DNA of 24,256 nucleotides from an uncultured Gammaproteobacteria bacterium (GCA_964606355.1 CAZSGB010000001.1:1-24256); one strand, 5' to 3'; counted from the first letter of the stretch, positions 1 to 11,307 are shown. Notes: generated from the letters alone by a model not told the origin. Numbers and translations are program-made.

Positions 1-22
1 CATGAATTCTATATTTCCCCAT
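1..22 (-). CDS. infB: 5' end of translation initiation factor IF-2 (partial, runs off the window)
   Basis: Minus strand reads AGGAGGTG-6 nt-ATG GGG AAA TAT AGA ATT CAT G = MGKYRIH(E). This resembles the IF-2 N-terminus (xKxRV/IH/YELAK) and follows a ylxQ-like ORF, the conserved Firmicutes order. Only 7 codons are visible. Confidence 0.6.
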
Positions 23-28
23 TTAAAA

Positions 29-36
29 CACCTCCT
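29..36 (-). promoter_or_regulatory. Strong Shine-Dalgarno sequence AGGAGGTG for the infB-like start
   Basis: Reverse complement of cacctcct (29-36). It overlaps the TAG of the ylxQ-like ORF and lies 6 nt from the ATG at 22. Confidence 0.75.
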
Positions 37-265
37 ACAGCATTTCGTCACAACACTTTCTTATTTCAGATTCAATAACTGCTGCAAATTTCCCATCAGT
101 TATGCCGAAAACGGTACTGTTTTCGGTTCCAACAGCATGTGACATCTCTTCTTTATTACCCCAAACAATCATTTTTGTTGTCCGATTGTAAGTTAAACTT
201 TCAAATTTATCTTTTGTATTCTCTGCTGCATCTGTAGCAATAATAACTAACGGTAATTTATTTTT
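35..265 (-). CDS. ylxQ: 5'-truncated L7Ae/L30e-family RNA-binding protein (YlxQ-like), C-terminal ~76 aa only
   Basis: KNKLPLVIIATDAAENTKDKF...WGNKEEMSHAVGTENSTVFGITDGKFA matches the L7Ae/YlxQ pattern (LVIIAxDAxxNTKxKF...GxKEELxxAxG...xxITDxxFA). The family N-terminus (LGLAxRAG...SG) is absent; the ORF extension to 382 is antisense to cvpA. Confidence 0.75.
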   Translation of the reverse strand, partial: KNKLPLVIIATDAAENTKDKFESLTYNRTTKMIVWGNKEEMSHAVGTENSTVFGITDGKFAAVIESEIRKCCDEML

Positions 266-290
266 AAGAATATAATTAACTTTTAAAAAT

Positions 291-881
291 ATGACTTTCA
301 TTGACATCATTATTATAGTCTTACTAGCTGGTTTTATCTGGAAAGGTGTAAGACTCGGCTTAATTGAAGCTTTGGGTGGCATTATCGGTTTATTTGTCGG
401 TGTTTACTTAGCTGGCCTATATTACACGGATGTAGGTAATATGATTAAGGGTTTATTATTCCATTCTGATATCTTAGCAAATATAATTGGCTTCTTACTG
501 GTTTTTATCATAATTAATCGAGGTATTGCTTTAATTTTTTGGGTGGTGGATAAAATCTTTAATCTCATTGCTATTATTCCAGGACTTAAGAGTTTGAATC
601 ATTTATTAGGTGGTATCCTTGGTTTAATTGAAGGCTTTATCTTTATTGGTATTTTAGTCTATGTATTTTCTTTCTTTCCTTTAACTGATAAGTTAAGTGC
701 TAAATTTACTGATTCAAAGTTTACTCATGTTTTTAATACAGTTGGTAAAATAAGTGATCCCTTTATCCCTGATAATTTAAAAGATTGGAAATCAAATATT
801 CCAGATTTAAATAATTTACCCAAATTACCTAATATTCCCTTTGGTTCTATACCCGAAAACATTAATTTTTTAGATAATTAA
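291..881 (+). CDS. cvpA: CvpA family (colicin V production) membrane protein
   Basis: IDIIIIVLL...GVRLGLIEALGGIIG N-terminal pattern, four hydrophobic segments, LNHLLGGILGLIEG motif, Pro/Asn-rich tail. Confidence 0.85.
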   Translation: MTFIDIIIIVLLAGFIWKGVRLGLIEALGGIIGLFVGVYLAGLYYTDVGNMIKGLLFHSDILANIIGFLLVFIIINRGIALIFWVVDKIFNLIAIIPGLKSLNHLLGGILGLIEGFIFIGILVYVFSFFPLTDKLSAKFTDSKFTHVFNTVGKISDPFIPDNLKDWKSNIPDLNNLPKLPNIPFGSIPENINFLDN

Positions 882-883
882 GC

Positions 884-1690
884 ATGTTAATAGATACTCA
901 CGCTCATCTTAACTTTAATGCCTATAACTCCGATAGAGATGAAGTAATTAAAAGATGCCAAGAAAGAGGTATGGCTATAATTAATGTTGGAGCTCAGTTT
1001 GAATCAAGTCAGAGGGCCGTAGAATTAAGTAAAAATAATAATTTTTATGCTTCAATAGGTCTTCATCCTATCCATGTTTATGATGAAGATTTTTCTATCT
1101 TCAAGTATCAAGCTTTAATAGATGAAAAGGTAGTAGCTATGGGTGAAACTGGTTTTGATTATTATCACATTACTTTTAATAGGGATAATTTTAAAGGTAA
1201 AACTAAAGAAGAAATAATTAAAAAACAAAAAGAAGTATTTTTTAAACATTTAGAACTAGCTTTAAAAAATGATTTAGCTGTCGTCTTACATGGTAGGAAT
1301 GGTATAGAGAATAGGGAAGTTTATCAAGAAATGTTAGGAATGATTATAGAACAGAATTTTAAAAGAGCGGTCTTTCATTGTTATGGTGGATCGTTAGCAA
1401 TAGCTAAGAAAATAGTATCAGCAGGTTATTATATTGGAATTGATGGACCGGTTACTTTCAAGAAAAAAGTTGAAGAACTTCAAGAAATCGTTAAAGCCAT
1501 ACCACTCGAAAAAATATTAATTGAAACTGACTCTCCTTATTTAACTCCAGAACCACACAGAGGAGACAGAAATGAACCTATATTTGTAGAATATGTAGCC
1601 GAAAAAGTTGCCGAGCTTAAAGGTTTAACAAAAGAAGAAGTAATTGAGGCTACTTGGCAAAATGCTAAAAATCTGTTTAGATTAGAATAA
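884..1690 (+). CDS. tatD: TatD family metal-dependent DNase
   Basis: IDTHAHL, GLHP, GETGFDY, HGR, FHCY and ETDSPY(L) metal-ligand motifs; RNEP near the C-terminus. Confidence 0.95.
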   Translation: MLIDTHAHLNFNAYNSDRDEVIKRCQERGMAIINVGAQFESSQRAVELSKNNNFYASIGLHPIHVYDEDFSIFKYQALIDEKVVAMGETGFDYYHITFNRDNFKGKTKEEIIKKQKEVFFKHLELALKNDLAVVLHGRNGIENREVYQEMLGMIIEQNFKRAVFHCYGGSLAIAKKIVSAGYYIGIDGPVTFKKKVEELQEIVKAIPLEKILIETDSPYLTPEPHRGDRNEPIFVEYVAEKVAELKGLTKEEVIEATWQNAKNLFRLE

Positions 1691-1691
1691 C

Positions 1692-2723
1692 ATGGATATA
1701 TTAACATTAATAATATTAATAGTCGTAGTCATTGGCTTTGCCATTATTTTTTGGTTTTTAAGTAAAAAGGGTAGTTCTAAAGATGATCAATCATTATTAA
1801 TGATACATAATCAAATTAATGAGATAAGTAGATCTTTAGATCAAAAATTAGGCGATTCAAATAAAATGATGCAAGGACAATTAAGCGAATCTTCAAAAAT
1901 CGTTAGAGACGTAACTGAGAAATTAACTAAGCTTGACGAAACTAATAAGCAAGTACTTAATTTTTCTGATCAATTAAAAAATTTACAAGATATTTTAAAA
2001 AATCCAAAACAACGTGGAGTTTTAGGTGAATATTATTTAGAAGAGACTTTAAGAAATGTTTTACCACCTAATGCCTATCAAATGCAGTATAAGTTTAAAA
2101 ATGGTGACATTGTTGATGCCGTGGTCTTTGTTAAAGATAAAATAATACCTGTTGATTCTAAGTTTTCTTTAGAAAACTATGAACGTATTTTAAATGAGAA
2201 TAATAAGGAAGAAAGGGAAAAGTTAGAAAAGGTATTTAAAATGGATTTAAAGAATAGAATTGATGAAACTGCTAAATATGTAAGACCTGATGAAAAAACT
2301 ATGGATTTTGCTTTTATGTTTATTCCCTCAGAAGCAATTTATTATGATTTATTAATTAACAAAGTAGGAGCGGTTAAAGTTACAACCCGTGATTTAATTG
2401 AATACGCATTTAAAGATAAACACGTTATCATTGTATCACCTACATCATTTCTAGCTTATTTACAAACTGTTTTACAAGGACTTCGCGCCTTACAAATAGA
2501 AGAATCAGCTAAAGAGATAAAAGAAAGAGTAGAGATATTAGGTAAGCATATAATAAATTATGATGACTATTTACAAAAGTTAGGTGGGCATTTAGGGACT
2601 ACGGTTAATACCTATAATATTGCCTATAAAGAATTTAAAAAAATTGATAAAGATGTAATTAAAATAACAGGAGCTGAATCTAAAATTGAAGCTGAAATTT
2701 TAGATAAACCAAGAATAGAGTAA
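1692..2723 (+). CDS. rmuC: DNA recombination protein RmuC (membrane-anchored nuclease-like)
   Basis: N-terminal TM anchor, coiled coil, NPKQRGVLGE, PVDSKFSL, DFAFMFIPSEA, IIVSPT motifs. Confidence 0.92.
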   Translation: MDILTLIILIVVVIGFAIIFWFLSKKGSSKDDQSLLMIHNQINEISRSLDQKLGDSNKMMQGQLSESSKIVRDVTEKLTKLDETNKQVLNFSDQLKNLQDILKNPKQRGVLGEYYLEETLRNVLPPNAYQMQYKFKNGDIVDAVVFVKDKIIPVDSKFSLENYERILNENNKEEREKLEKVFKMDLKNRIDETAKYVRPDEKTMDFAFMFIPSEAIYYDLLINKVGAVKVTTRDLIEYAFKDKHVIIVSPTSFLAYLQTVLQGLRALQIEESAKEIKERVEILGKHIINYDDYLQKLGGHLGTTVNTYNIAYKEFKKIDKDVIKITGAESKIEAEILDKPRIE

Positions 2724-2756
2724 TGTATTTTATTTATATTTAAATAATAATAAAAT

Positions 2757-2785
2757 AAATAGGCTTTTAATAAGTCTATTTTTTT
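2757..2785 (+). terminator. Intrinsic terminator after rmuC
   Basis: aaataggctt-ttaat-aagtctattt stem (one G-U pair) running into a T tract. Confidence 0.6.
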
Positions 2786-2837
2786 GGCTAAGATTAGCTA
2801 ATTAATATATTTTGGGGGTAATAAAAAGTAAAAACCC

Positions 2838-2866
2838 TTGATTTATTTGTTAAATTTATATATAAT
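2838..2866 (+). promoter_or_regulatory. sigma70-type promoter of the atp operon
   Basis: TTGATT (2838-2843), 17 nt, TATAAT (2861-2866). A second TATAAT lies at 2903-2908 with no good -35. Confidence 0.65.
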
Positions 2867-2917
2867 TATGGCGAAAAATTAAGTTTTTACTTAATTTTAG
2901 AGTATAATAAGGTTATT

Positions 2918-3214
2918 ATGAATAACCAAGATAACAAGCAAAATAATGCTTGGTGGCAACCAGCTATCACTATTTTTTCGCAAGTAACTGGTTTAATAGC
3001 TGGCCCTATAATCATAGCGCTTTTTTTAGGTAAATATTTAGATGAGAGGTATAACACTGAACCTTGGTACTTTATTGGATTAACTGGTTTAGCTTTTATC
3101 ATATCTTGTGTTAGTATCGTTAAAATTACTTTAAATTATACTAAAAAAATAGAGAGGGAACTAAAGGAAGAACAAACAAATAAAAATAATGAGTCAAGAG
3201 ATAGAACAAATTGA
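2918..3214 (+). CDS. atpZ: AtpZ/AtpI-like (ATPase gene 1) two-TM accessory protein
   Basis: First gene of the atp operon; LGKYLDERYNTEPWYFIGL matches the GxxLDxxxxTxPW pattern; ends in TGA, overlapping atpB by 26 nt. Confidence 0.8.
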   Translation: MNNQDNKQNNAWWQPAITIFSQVTGLIAGPIIIALFLGKYLDERYNTEPWYFIGLTGLAFIISCVSIVKITLNYTKKIERELKEEQTNKNNESRDRTN

Positions 3215-4088
3215 GAATCAAGAAATAACTGATGAATATCAGGACGTTTTATTAAACGAAGCTGAACAAGACGAAACTACTGGTCATGTAGCACATGAAC
3301 CGACTTTATTTGCAGAGCCGGTTTTTAATTTGGGTAATTTCACGGTAACTAATGCTTTACTTAATTCATGGATTACAGTTTTAATTATCATTGTTTTAGC
3401 TACCTATATTAGTCAGAAGATAAAACGCATCCCTCAGGGCATACAAAATTATTTTGAAATTATTTTAGAAGGTGCCTATAATTTAGCTGATTCAGTAACT
3501 GGTAGTAGAGCTAAAACTAAGAAGGTTTTTCCGGTTGTTTTTTCAATTTTTATGTTTATTCTTATTAATAACTGGTTAGGCTTATTTCCTGGTATTGGTT
3601 CTGTTGGTTTTATTGAATCACACGCCGGGCATGAAACTTTTATACCATTTTTTAGAGGTGGGACAGCTGATTTAAATACTACTTTAGCTTTAGCTTTGTT
3701 TTCAGTAATTGCTTCCAATATTTTTGGTGTTATCATTGTTGGTGGTTGGAAATATTTAAATAAGTTTATTAATATTAAAGCCTTTATTGAAATACCTAAG
3801 AAGATTAAAAAAGACCCTGCCATTATTTTTGTTAATCCTATAAAAGCCTTTGTGGGTTTAATTGAGATAGTCGGTGAATTTGCTAAAGTTGCTTCTTTAT
3901 CATTCAGGTTATTTGGTAATGTCTTTGCCGGAGAAGTCTTACTTGGAGCTATGGCTGCTATTTTTGCTTTTATTCTACCTATTCCTTTTATGTTTTTAGA
4001 AGTAATAGTTGGAATAATTCAAGCATTGATTTTTGCAATGCTTACATTGGTCTATTTTACAATAGCCAGTACAGAAGAAGAACATTAA
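3189..4088 (+). CDS. atpB: F0 subunit a
   Basis: TADLNTTLALA, SLSFRLFGNVFAGE (essential Arg), IIQALIFAMLT. Confidence 0.97.
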   Translation: MSQEIEQIENQEITDEYQDVLLNEAEQDETTGHVAHEPTLFAEPVFNLGNFTVTNALLNSWITVLIIIVLATYISQKIKRIPQGIQNYFEIILEGAYNLADSVTGSRAKTKKVFPVVFSIFMFILINNWLGLFPGIGSVGFIESHAGHETFIPFFRGGTADLNTTLALALFSVIASNIFGVIIVGGWKYLNKFINIKAFIEIPKKIKKDPAIIFVNPIKAFVGLIEIVGEFAKVASLSFRLFGNVFAGEVLLGAMAAIFAFILPIPFMFLEVIVGIIQALIFAMLTLVYFTIASTEEEH

Positions 4089-4093
4089 TTAAT

Positions 4094-4377
<284 letters not shown>

Positions 4378-4385
4378 TTTGTCTC

Positions 4386-4428
4386 TTAACAGATCAGAAG
4401 ATCATATTTATTGGTCTTCTGGAGTTAA
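4386..4428 (+). other. RNA stem-loop in the atpE-atpF spacer
   Basis: cagaagatca (4395-4404) pairs with tggtcttctg (4412-4421; one G-U), closed by ttaac/gttaa; no T tract, so not a classic terminator. Confidence 0.65.
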
Positions 4429-4448
4429 TAGATAAATAACATAAATAT

Positions 4449-4946
4449 ATGGATGAATTAATTAAAACATTTTATATCGATTGGAAATTAATTATCGCTC
4501 AACTCATAAACTTTGCGATTGTACTTTTTGTTCTCTGGAAGTTCGCTATAAAACCATTATCCAAAGTCATGGATAAAAGGACAGAAGATATTGCTAAGAG
4601 CTTAGATGATGCTAGAAAGATTGAAGAGAATCTAACTAAAGTTGAAAGAGAAAATGCAGATAGAATAGTTAAAGCTAAACAAGAAGCTCAAAGTATTATT
4701 GAAGAATCTAGAAAACACGGTGAAGAGCAGGGTAAACAGATGGTTGGTGAGGCTAAGCGAGAAGTGCAGACTGTTATTGCCGCGGCTAAAGAACAAATAG
4801 CCAGTGAAAAGAATAATATGGTAAGTGAGATTAAAGAAGATGTGGCTGATTTAGTAGTGAGAGCTACGGCTAAAATGTTGGAAAAAACTGGTAGTAAAGA
4901 GATTGATGAGAAATTAATCAAAGAAACATTAAAAGAATTAAAGTAA
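4449..4946 (+). CDS. atpF: F0 subunit b
   Basis: AQLINFAIVLFVLWKFAIKP TM segment followed by a long charged coiled coil. Confidence 0.95.
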   Translation: MDELIKTFYIDWKLIIAQLINFAIVLFVLWKFAIKPLSKVMDKRTEDIAKSLDDARKIEENLTKVERENADRIVKAKQEAQSIIEESRKHGEEQGKQMVGEAKREVQTVIAAAKEQIASEKNNMVSEIKEDVADLVVRATAKMLEKTGSKEIDEKLIKETLKELK

Positions 4947-5347
4947 TGAAGAAATTAACTGCTAAACAATACGCTGTTTCATTGTATGAAACTATTGAAG
5001 AAGCTAAAGGTGAAGATTTAAAAAATAAGATTCATAATTTTTTGAAAGTGGTTAAAAAGAGAAAAGATATTAAATTATTAAATAAAATATTTGAAAGATT
5101 TGTTGAAATATATCAAATAAGAAAAGGTATTATGACTGCTGAAGTTACTTCTTCCCATAAGTTAAGTTCGGAATTAATAAATGAAATTAAGAAATGGTTA
5201 AAGAAGGAAACAGGGAATGAAGCAGAGATTTATGAAAAAGTTACGCCTGAAATATTAGGAGGCGTGGTTATTAAATATAATGATACTATTTTAGATGCTA
5301 GCTTAAGAAATAATTTAAATAATTTAAAAAATAAATTAATTAAATAA
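4946..5347 (+). CDS. atpH: F1 subunit delta (short, 133 aa)
   Basis: YAVSL N-terminus; AEVTSSHKLS and PEILGGVVIKYNDTILDASL OSCP C-terminal motif; TAATG overlap with atpF. Confidence 0.92.
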   Translation: MKKLTAKQYAVSLYETIEEAKGEDLKNKIHNFLKVVKKRKDIKLLNKIFERFVEIYQIRKGIMTAEVTSSHKLSSELINEIKKWLKKETGNEAEIYEKVTPEILGGVVIKYNDTILDASLRNNLNNLKNKLIK

Positions 5348-5361
5348 TAATTTAAAATTAT

Positions 5362-6888
5362 ATGTCTAGTAAAGATCAAATTATTGATGAATTAAAAAAA
5401 CAAATTACAGACTTTAAAACAGAAGCCATTACCGAGAAAGTTGGAACGGTTATTGAAATTGGTGATGGTATTGCCAAAATATCTGGATTAGCTGATTGTA
5501 TGTCACAAGAAATGCTTGAATTTGAAGGTGGTCAACATGGTGTAGCATTAAATTTAGAAGAAGATAATGTTGGCGCCATGATTTTAGGTGATTACTTGAA
5601 TATTAAAGAAGGAGATAAAGTAAAAACTACGGGCAGAATTTTAGAAGTACCAGTGGGTGAAGCTGTAATTGGTAGAGTGGTTAATCCTTTGGGTAAACCA
5701 GTTGATGGTAAGGGTGAAATTAAAACTGATAAATATTATCCAGTTGAAAAGATTGCTCCTCGTGTTATTACTCGGGCCGGTGTTGATACTCCTATTCAAA
5801 CCGGAATAAAAGCTATTGATTCGATGATACCTATTGGTCGTGGTCAACGTGAATTAATCATTGGGGATAGACAAACAGGTAAAACTGCGGTAGCTGTGGA
5901 TACGATTATTAATCAAAAAGGACAAGATGTTATTTGTATTTATGTAGCTATTGCTCAGAAAGAATCAAAGATTGCTAAAATTGTTACTAAACTTGAAGAA
6001 TATGGAGCTATGAAATATACCACGGTGGTCTTAGCTGGCGCTTCTGACCCGGCTTCATTATCATTTATTGCTCCTTATTCGGGTTGTGCTATGGGAGAAT
6101 ACTTTATGGATCTGGGTAAAGATGTTTTAGTTGTTTATGATGATCTTTCTAAACATGCTGTTTCCTATCGTGAAATTTCATTACTTTTAAAAAGACCACC
6201 AGGTAGAGAAGCTTATCCTGGAGATATTTTTTATTTACATTCAAGGTTATTAGAACGAAGTGCCAAAATGAGTAAAGATTATGGTGGTGGCTCTTTAACC
6301 GCTTTACCTATTATTGAAACTCAAGCAGGTGACGTTTCTGCGTATATTCCAACTAATGTTATATCCATCACTGATGGACAAATATATTTAGAATCAGACT
6401 TATTCAATAAAGGAATACGTCCAGCTTTAAATACTGGTCTGTCAGTTTCAAGAGTAGGTAGTAAAGCTCAAATTAAAGCTATGAAAAAAGTAGCCGGTAA
6501 AATAAAATTAGCTATGGGACAGTTTAGCGAGTTAGAAGCTTTTGCTCAGTTTGGTTATGATCTTGATCAAGAAACACAAAAACAATTAGATCTAGGTAGA
6601 CGTTTAACTGAAGTCTTAAAACAAGGACAATATGAACCAATGCCTGTAGAACAAGAGGTAGCTATTCTTTATGCTGTTAATAATGGCTTTTTAGCTGAAG
6701 TTAAAGTTGAAGATGTAGTAAATTATGAAAAAAACTTTTTAAAGTATATGACTACTACTAGTGATAAGGTTTTGGAGGAAATTAGAGAGACTAAAGAATT
6801 AAATGAAAAGATAGAAAATGAATTAAAGAGTTTAATTAGTGATTTCAATAATACCTCTAATTATATTAATAAGAAAGAAAGTAAATAA
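5362..6888 (+). CDS. atpA: F1 subunit alpha
   Basis: [14 protein letters not shown]-loop, [28 protein letters not shown] arginine finger. Confidence 0.99.
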   Translation: MSSKDQIIDELKKQITDFKTEAITEKVGTVIEIGDGIAKISGLADCMSQEMLEFEGGQHGVALNLEEDNVGAMILGDYLNIKEGDKVKTTGRILEVPVGEAVIGRVVNPLGKPVDGKGEIKTDKYYPVEKIAPRVITRAGVDTPIQTGIKAIDSMIPIGRGQRELIIGDRQTGKTAVAVDTIINQKGQDVICIYVAIAQKESKIAKIVTKLEEYGAMKYTTVVLAGASDPASLSFIAPYSGCAMGEYFMDLGKDVLVVYDDLSKHAVSYREISLLLKRPPGREAYPGDIFYLHSRLLERSAKMSKDYGGGSLTALPIIETQAGDVSAYIPTNVISITDGQIYLESDLFNKGIRPALNTGLSVSRVGSKAQIKAMKKVAGKIKLAMGQFSELEAFAQFGYDLDQETQKQLDLGRRLTEVLKQGQYEPMPVEQEVAILYAVNNGFLAEVKVEDVVNYEKNFLKYMTTTSDKVLEEIRETKELNEKIENELKSLISDFNNTSNYINKKESK

Positions 6889-6893
6889 TATCT

Positions 6894-7796
6894 ATGCCTC
6901 AAGCCACTAAGGAAATACAAAGAAGAATAAAATCAATTAGTAATACCAAAAAGGTTACTAAAGCTATGGAAATGGTAGCTGCTTCTAAAATGAGAAAAGC
7001 GGTTAATAATGTTTTAGCTACTAGAAGTTATTCTAATTTGGCTTGGGATTTAGTTAAAACTTTAGCTTCTAAAACTGATTCTAAATATCATCCACTTTTA
7101 AAGAGAAAGAAAGAAATTAAGAAGATAGGTTTAGTTTTAGTTACTTCTAATAGGGGGTTATGTAGTGATTTTAATACTTCCATTATTAATCGAGTTTTAA
7201 GATATATTAAAGAAAATAGTGAAGCGCAAATTGAATTAATTGTCCTTGGTAAAAAGGGTAGAGACTTTATGTATAAGAAAGGACATGAAATAATTGCTGA
7301 GTTTGAGAAATTAGATATAACTACTAAAGTAATTGAAATTAGACCTTTGGCTAAACTTTTAGTTGAGGATTTTGTTAATAATAAATTTGATAAAGTAGTT
7401 TTAAGCTATACTGACTTTGTTTCTACTTTAGTTCAAAAACCAAGAGTTTTAGAGCTATTACCAATTGTTAGTAAAGTCAAAGATACTGATCTGGGTAAAG
7501 TTAATGAGCAAGAAGTAAAAAAAATTGAAAATAAAGATTTTGAATATCTTTTTGAACCCACTCCAGATCAAGTTTTAAGTGAGTTATTACCGAGACTCAT
7601 TGAAATGCAAATATATCAAGCTATTTTAGAATCAGATGCTTCTGAGCATAGCGCTAGGATGGTGGCTATGCGAGGAGCTAGTGATGCGGCTACTGAAATG
7701 ATTGATGATTTAACCTTAATCTTTAATAAAGCTAGACAGTCATCAATTACAGCAGAACTTGCTGATATTAGTGGTGGACGTTTAGCCATGGAATAA
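6894..7796 (+). CDS. atpG: F1 subunit gamma
   Basis: RIKSISNTKKVTKAMEMVAASK, SNRGLC, SEHSARMVAM, ARQSSITAEL. Confidence 0.98.
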   Translation: MPQATKEIQRRIKSISNTKKVTKAMEMVAASKMRKAVNNVLATRSYSNLAWDLVKTLASKTDSKYHPLLKRKKEIKKIGLVLVTSNRGLCSDFNTSIINRVLRYIKENSEAQIELIVLGKKGRDFMYKKGHEIIAEFEKLDITTKVIEIRPLAKLLVEDFVNNKFDKVVLSYTDFVSTLVQKPRVLELLPIVSKVKDTDLGKVNEQEVKKIENKDFEYLFEPTPDQVLSELLPRLIEMQIYQAILESDASEHSARMVAMRGASDAATEMIDDLTLIFNKARQSSITAELADISGGRLAME

Positions 7797-7816
7797 ATAA
7801 ATTAAATAATTAATAA

Positions 7817-9201
<1,385 letters not shown>

Positions 9202-9202
<1 letters not shown>

Positions 9203-9657
9203 TGTCTAAGATTAAATTAAAAATTGCCACACCAGAAAGAATAGTTTTTGAAGAAGAAATTGATCAAATAACCCTACCAACTAAAATGGGTGAGATTACT
9301 ATTTTACCTAATCATTTACCCTTAGTTAGTACTTTGGTACCTGGTGAAATATTATTTAAAAAAGAAGGTCAAGAAATACCTATGGTAGTTTCTGGTGGTT
9401 TTGTAGAGTTTAATAATAATATTTTAACTATTCTAGCTGATACTGCTGAACGAATTGAAGAAATTGATGAATTAAGAGCTGAAGAAGGTAGAAAGAAAGC
9501 TAAAGAACTACTTGCCAGAAAACAAGATATGGATGAAGTTGATTTTACTGCGTTATCTGTTCAATTAGAAAAAGAGTTAGCTCGTATTAAAGTAGCTAAG
9601 AAATATAAGAAGTTTAGACCAAGACCAGAAATACAAAGAGAAGAAGATAATATGTAA
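9202..9657 (+). CDS. atpC: F1 subunit epsilon
   Basis: IATPER, GEITILPNHLPL, VSGGFVE, ILADTAE, helical C-terminal domain; TAATG overlap with atpD. Confidence 0.96.
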
Positions 9658-9670
9658 TTAATATATTAAG

Positions 9671-9700
9671 TTAAAAGAATACATTCTTTTAAATTTTTTT
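9671..9700 (+). terminator. Weak AT-rich terminator-like hairpin after atpC
   Basis: Perfect inverted repeat ttaaaagaat/attcttttaa followed by 7 T; only one G-C pair, so probably leaky. Confidence 0.45.
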
Positions 9701-9724
9701 ACTTAAAAATTAATATTCTAAAGT

Positions 9725-11296
9725 ATGACACATCTTTTGATGCAATTTACTCTTCAGATTGGTATCATTTTGTTAGTCGCTAAAATTTTTGGTGAGTTAT
9801 TCGAACGTATGGGCCAATCATCAGTTTTAGGTGAACTTATCGCTGGTATGGTCATGGGACCATATGCCTTAGGTTCCATTGAATTACCTTTTTTAGGTAA
9901 ACTATTCCCCATAGCTGAAGCAATAGGTGAACATGTCTCAACTTTGCCGGTTTCTTCTGAATTATATGTTTTTGCTCAAGTTGGAGCTGTTATTTTACTA
10001 TTCTTAGTAGGTTTAGAAACCGATGCTAAGATGTTTATGAAGTATGGCTTAAAAGCTTTAGGCGTAGCTATTGGTGGTGTAATTTTACCATTTTTTCTTG
10101 GTGCTTGGGCTACGGTTATGTTTGGTTTTGCTGAAAGTATGTTTGATGTTTCAGCTATGTTTATGGGGGCTATCATGGTGGCCACGTCCGTAGGTATTAC
10201 GGCTCGAGTATTAAGTGATATCTACAAATTAGATACTTCGGAAGGTGTTTCTATTTTAGCGGCTGCTGTCATTGATGATGTTTTAGGTATTTTAGTCTTA
10301 GCTTTAGTTCTTTCCATGGGTAGTAGCGGTGGTGAGATCTCCTGGAGTGAAATCGGCGTAATTGGTGCTAAAGCTTTAGGTTTCATTTTTGTTATTGTAG
10401 TTCTTGGTATATTATTTGCTAAAAAATTATCAAATCTTTTACTTAAATTACAAGGTAAGACTTATGTGGCTATTGCCGCTGCACTTTGTTTTATTATTGC
10501 TTCTCTTGCTGAACAATTTGGACTTGCTATGATTATTGGAGCCTATCTTTCAGGTGTTATTCTCTCAGTTACTGAAGTAGGACATCAAATTGAAGAGAAA
10601 TTAGTTTGGACTTCACATATTATTGTTCCAGTTTTTTTTGCAGTTATGGGTATGCTGGTTAATTTTCAAGCTATGATGTCAGCTCTTACTTTTGGTTTAG
10701 TTATTACTTTGTTTGCTATCATTGGTAAAATTGTTGGTTGTGGTTTGCCTGCTTTTTTTTCAGGCTTCAATTTTTTAGGTAGTATGAGAATTGGTTTTGG
10801 TATGTTACCTCGAGGGGAGGTCGCTTTAATTGTAGCCGGTGTTGGCTTAGCCGCTGGGGTTATTAATCAAGAAATATTTGGGGTAAGCATTATGATGACT
10901 ATTATTACTACCCTTATGGCTCCTCTTATCTTGGTACCACTTTTTAAAAAGTCTAAATCTGGTTTAAGAGCTGTTAAAGGTCTTGAAGCACCTTTAGCTA
11001 TCCCAATGATTGAACCTGCTTTTACTTGGACTAATACAGAGAACGTTTTAGATTTATTCCAAGAAAATTTAGTATCTGTTTTTAAAAATCATGGTTACAC
11101 CTTACTTCGTGAAGAAGCAGAGGATAGGATATTGGAACTGGCACATAATGAAGAAAAAACTAAAGTGGCTACTTTAAGAAGAGAAGATAAGCAATTAACT
11201 ATTGATTGTTCAGAGGATGCTAAGAATGAAGTAGATGAATTAATTACTGAAGCTCAGAATAAGTTGGTTAACTTGGTTAGTAGTTTTGCAAGTTAA
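9725..11296 (+). CDS. CPA2-family cation:proton antiporter, NapA-like, with extra C-terminal soluble domain
   Basis: About 12-13 TM segments; LFLVGLETD, ATSVGITARVL, AAVIDDVLG (DD), IIGKIVG (Lys), PRGEVAL motifs. Confidence 0.9.
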   Translation: MTHLLMQFTLQIGIILLVAKIFGELFERMGQSSVLGELIAGMVMGPYALGSIELPFLGKLFPIAEAIGEHVSTLPVSSELYVFAQVGAVILLFLVGLETDAKMFMKYGLKALGVAIGGVILPFFLGAWATVMFGFAESMFDVSAMFMGAIMVATSVGITARVLSDIYKLDTSEGVSILAAAVIDDVLGILVLALVLSMGSSGGEISWSEIGVIGAKALGFIFVIVVLGILFAKKLSNLLLKLQGKTYVAIAAALCFIIASLAEQFGLAMIIGAYLSGVILSVTEVGHQIEEKLVWTSHIIVPVFFAVMGMLVNFQAMMSALTFGLVITLFAIIGKIVGCGLPAFFSGFNFLGSMRIGFGMLPRGEVALIVAGVGLAAGVINQEIFGVSIMMTIITTLMAPLILVPLFKKSKSGLRAVKGLEAPLAIPMIEPAFTWTNTENVLDLFQENLVSVFKNHGYTLLREEAEDRILELAHNEEKTKVATLRREDKQLTIDCSEDAKNEVDELITEAQNKLVNLVSSFAS

Positions 11297-11307
11297 TATA
11301 TTTATTT

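Noticed and set aside
266-382. N-terminal part of track ORF 35-382 as real protein
   Set aside because: It is antisense to the cvpA start and leader and lacks L7Ae N-terminal motifs; only about 35-265 is L7Ae-like.
2887-3102. Minus-strand ORF, 71 aa
   Set aside because: Antisense shadow of atpZ with no motif.
3476-3823. Minus-strand ORF, 115 aa
   Set aside because: Antisense shadow of atpB.
4688-4921. Minus-strand ORF, 77 aa
   Set aside because: Antisense shadow of atpF; Ser/Leu-rich composition typical of a reverse frame.
5641-5847. Minus-strand ORF, 68 aa
   Set aside because: Antisense to atpA, no recognisable features.
9976-10185. Minus-strand ORF, 69 aa
   Set aside because: Antisense shadow of the antiporter.
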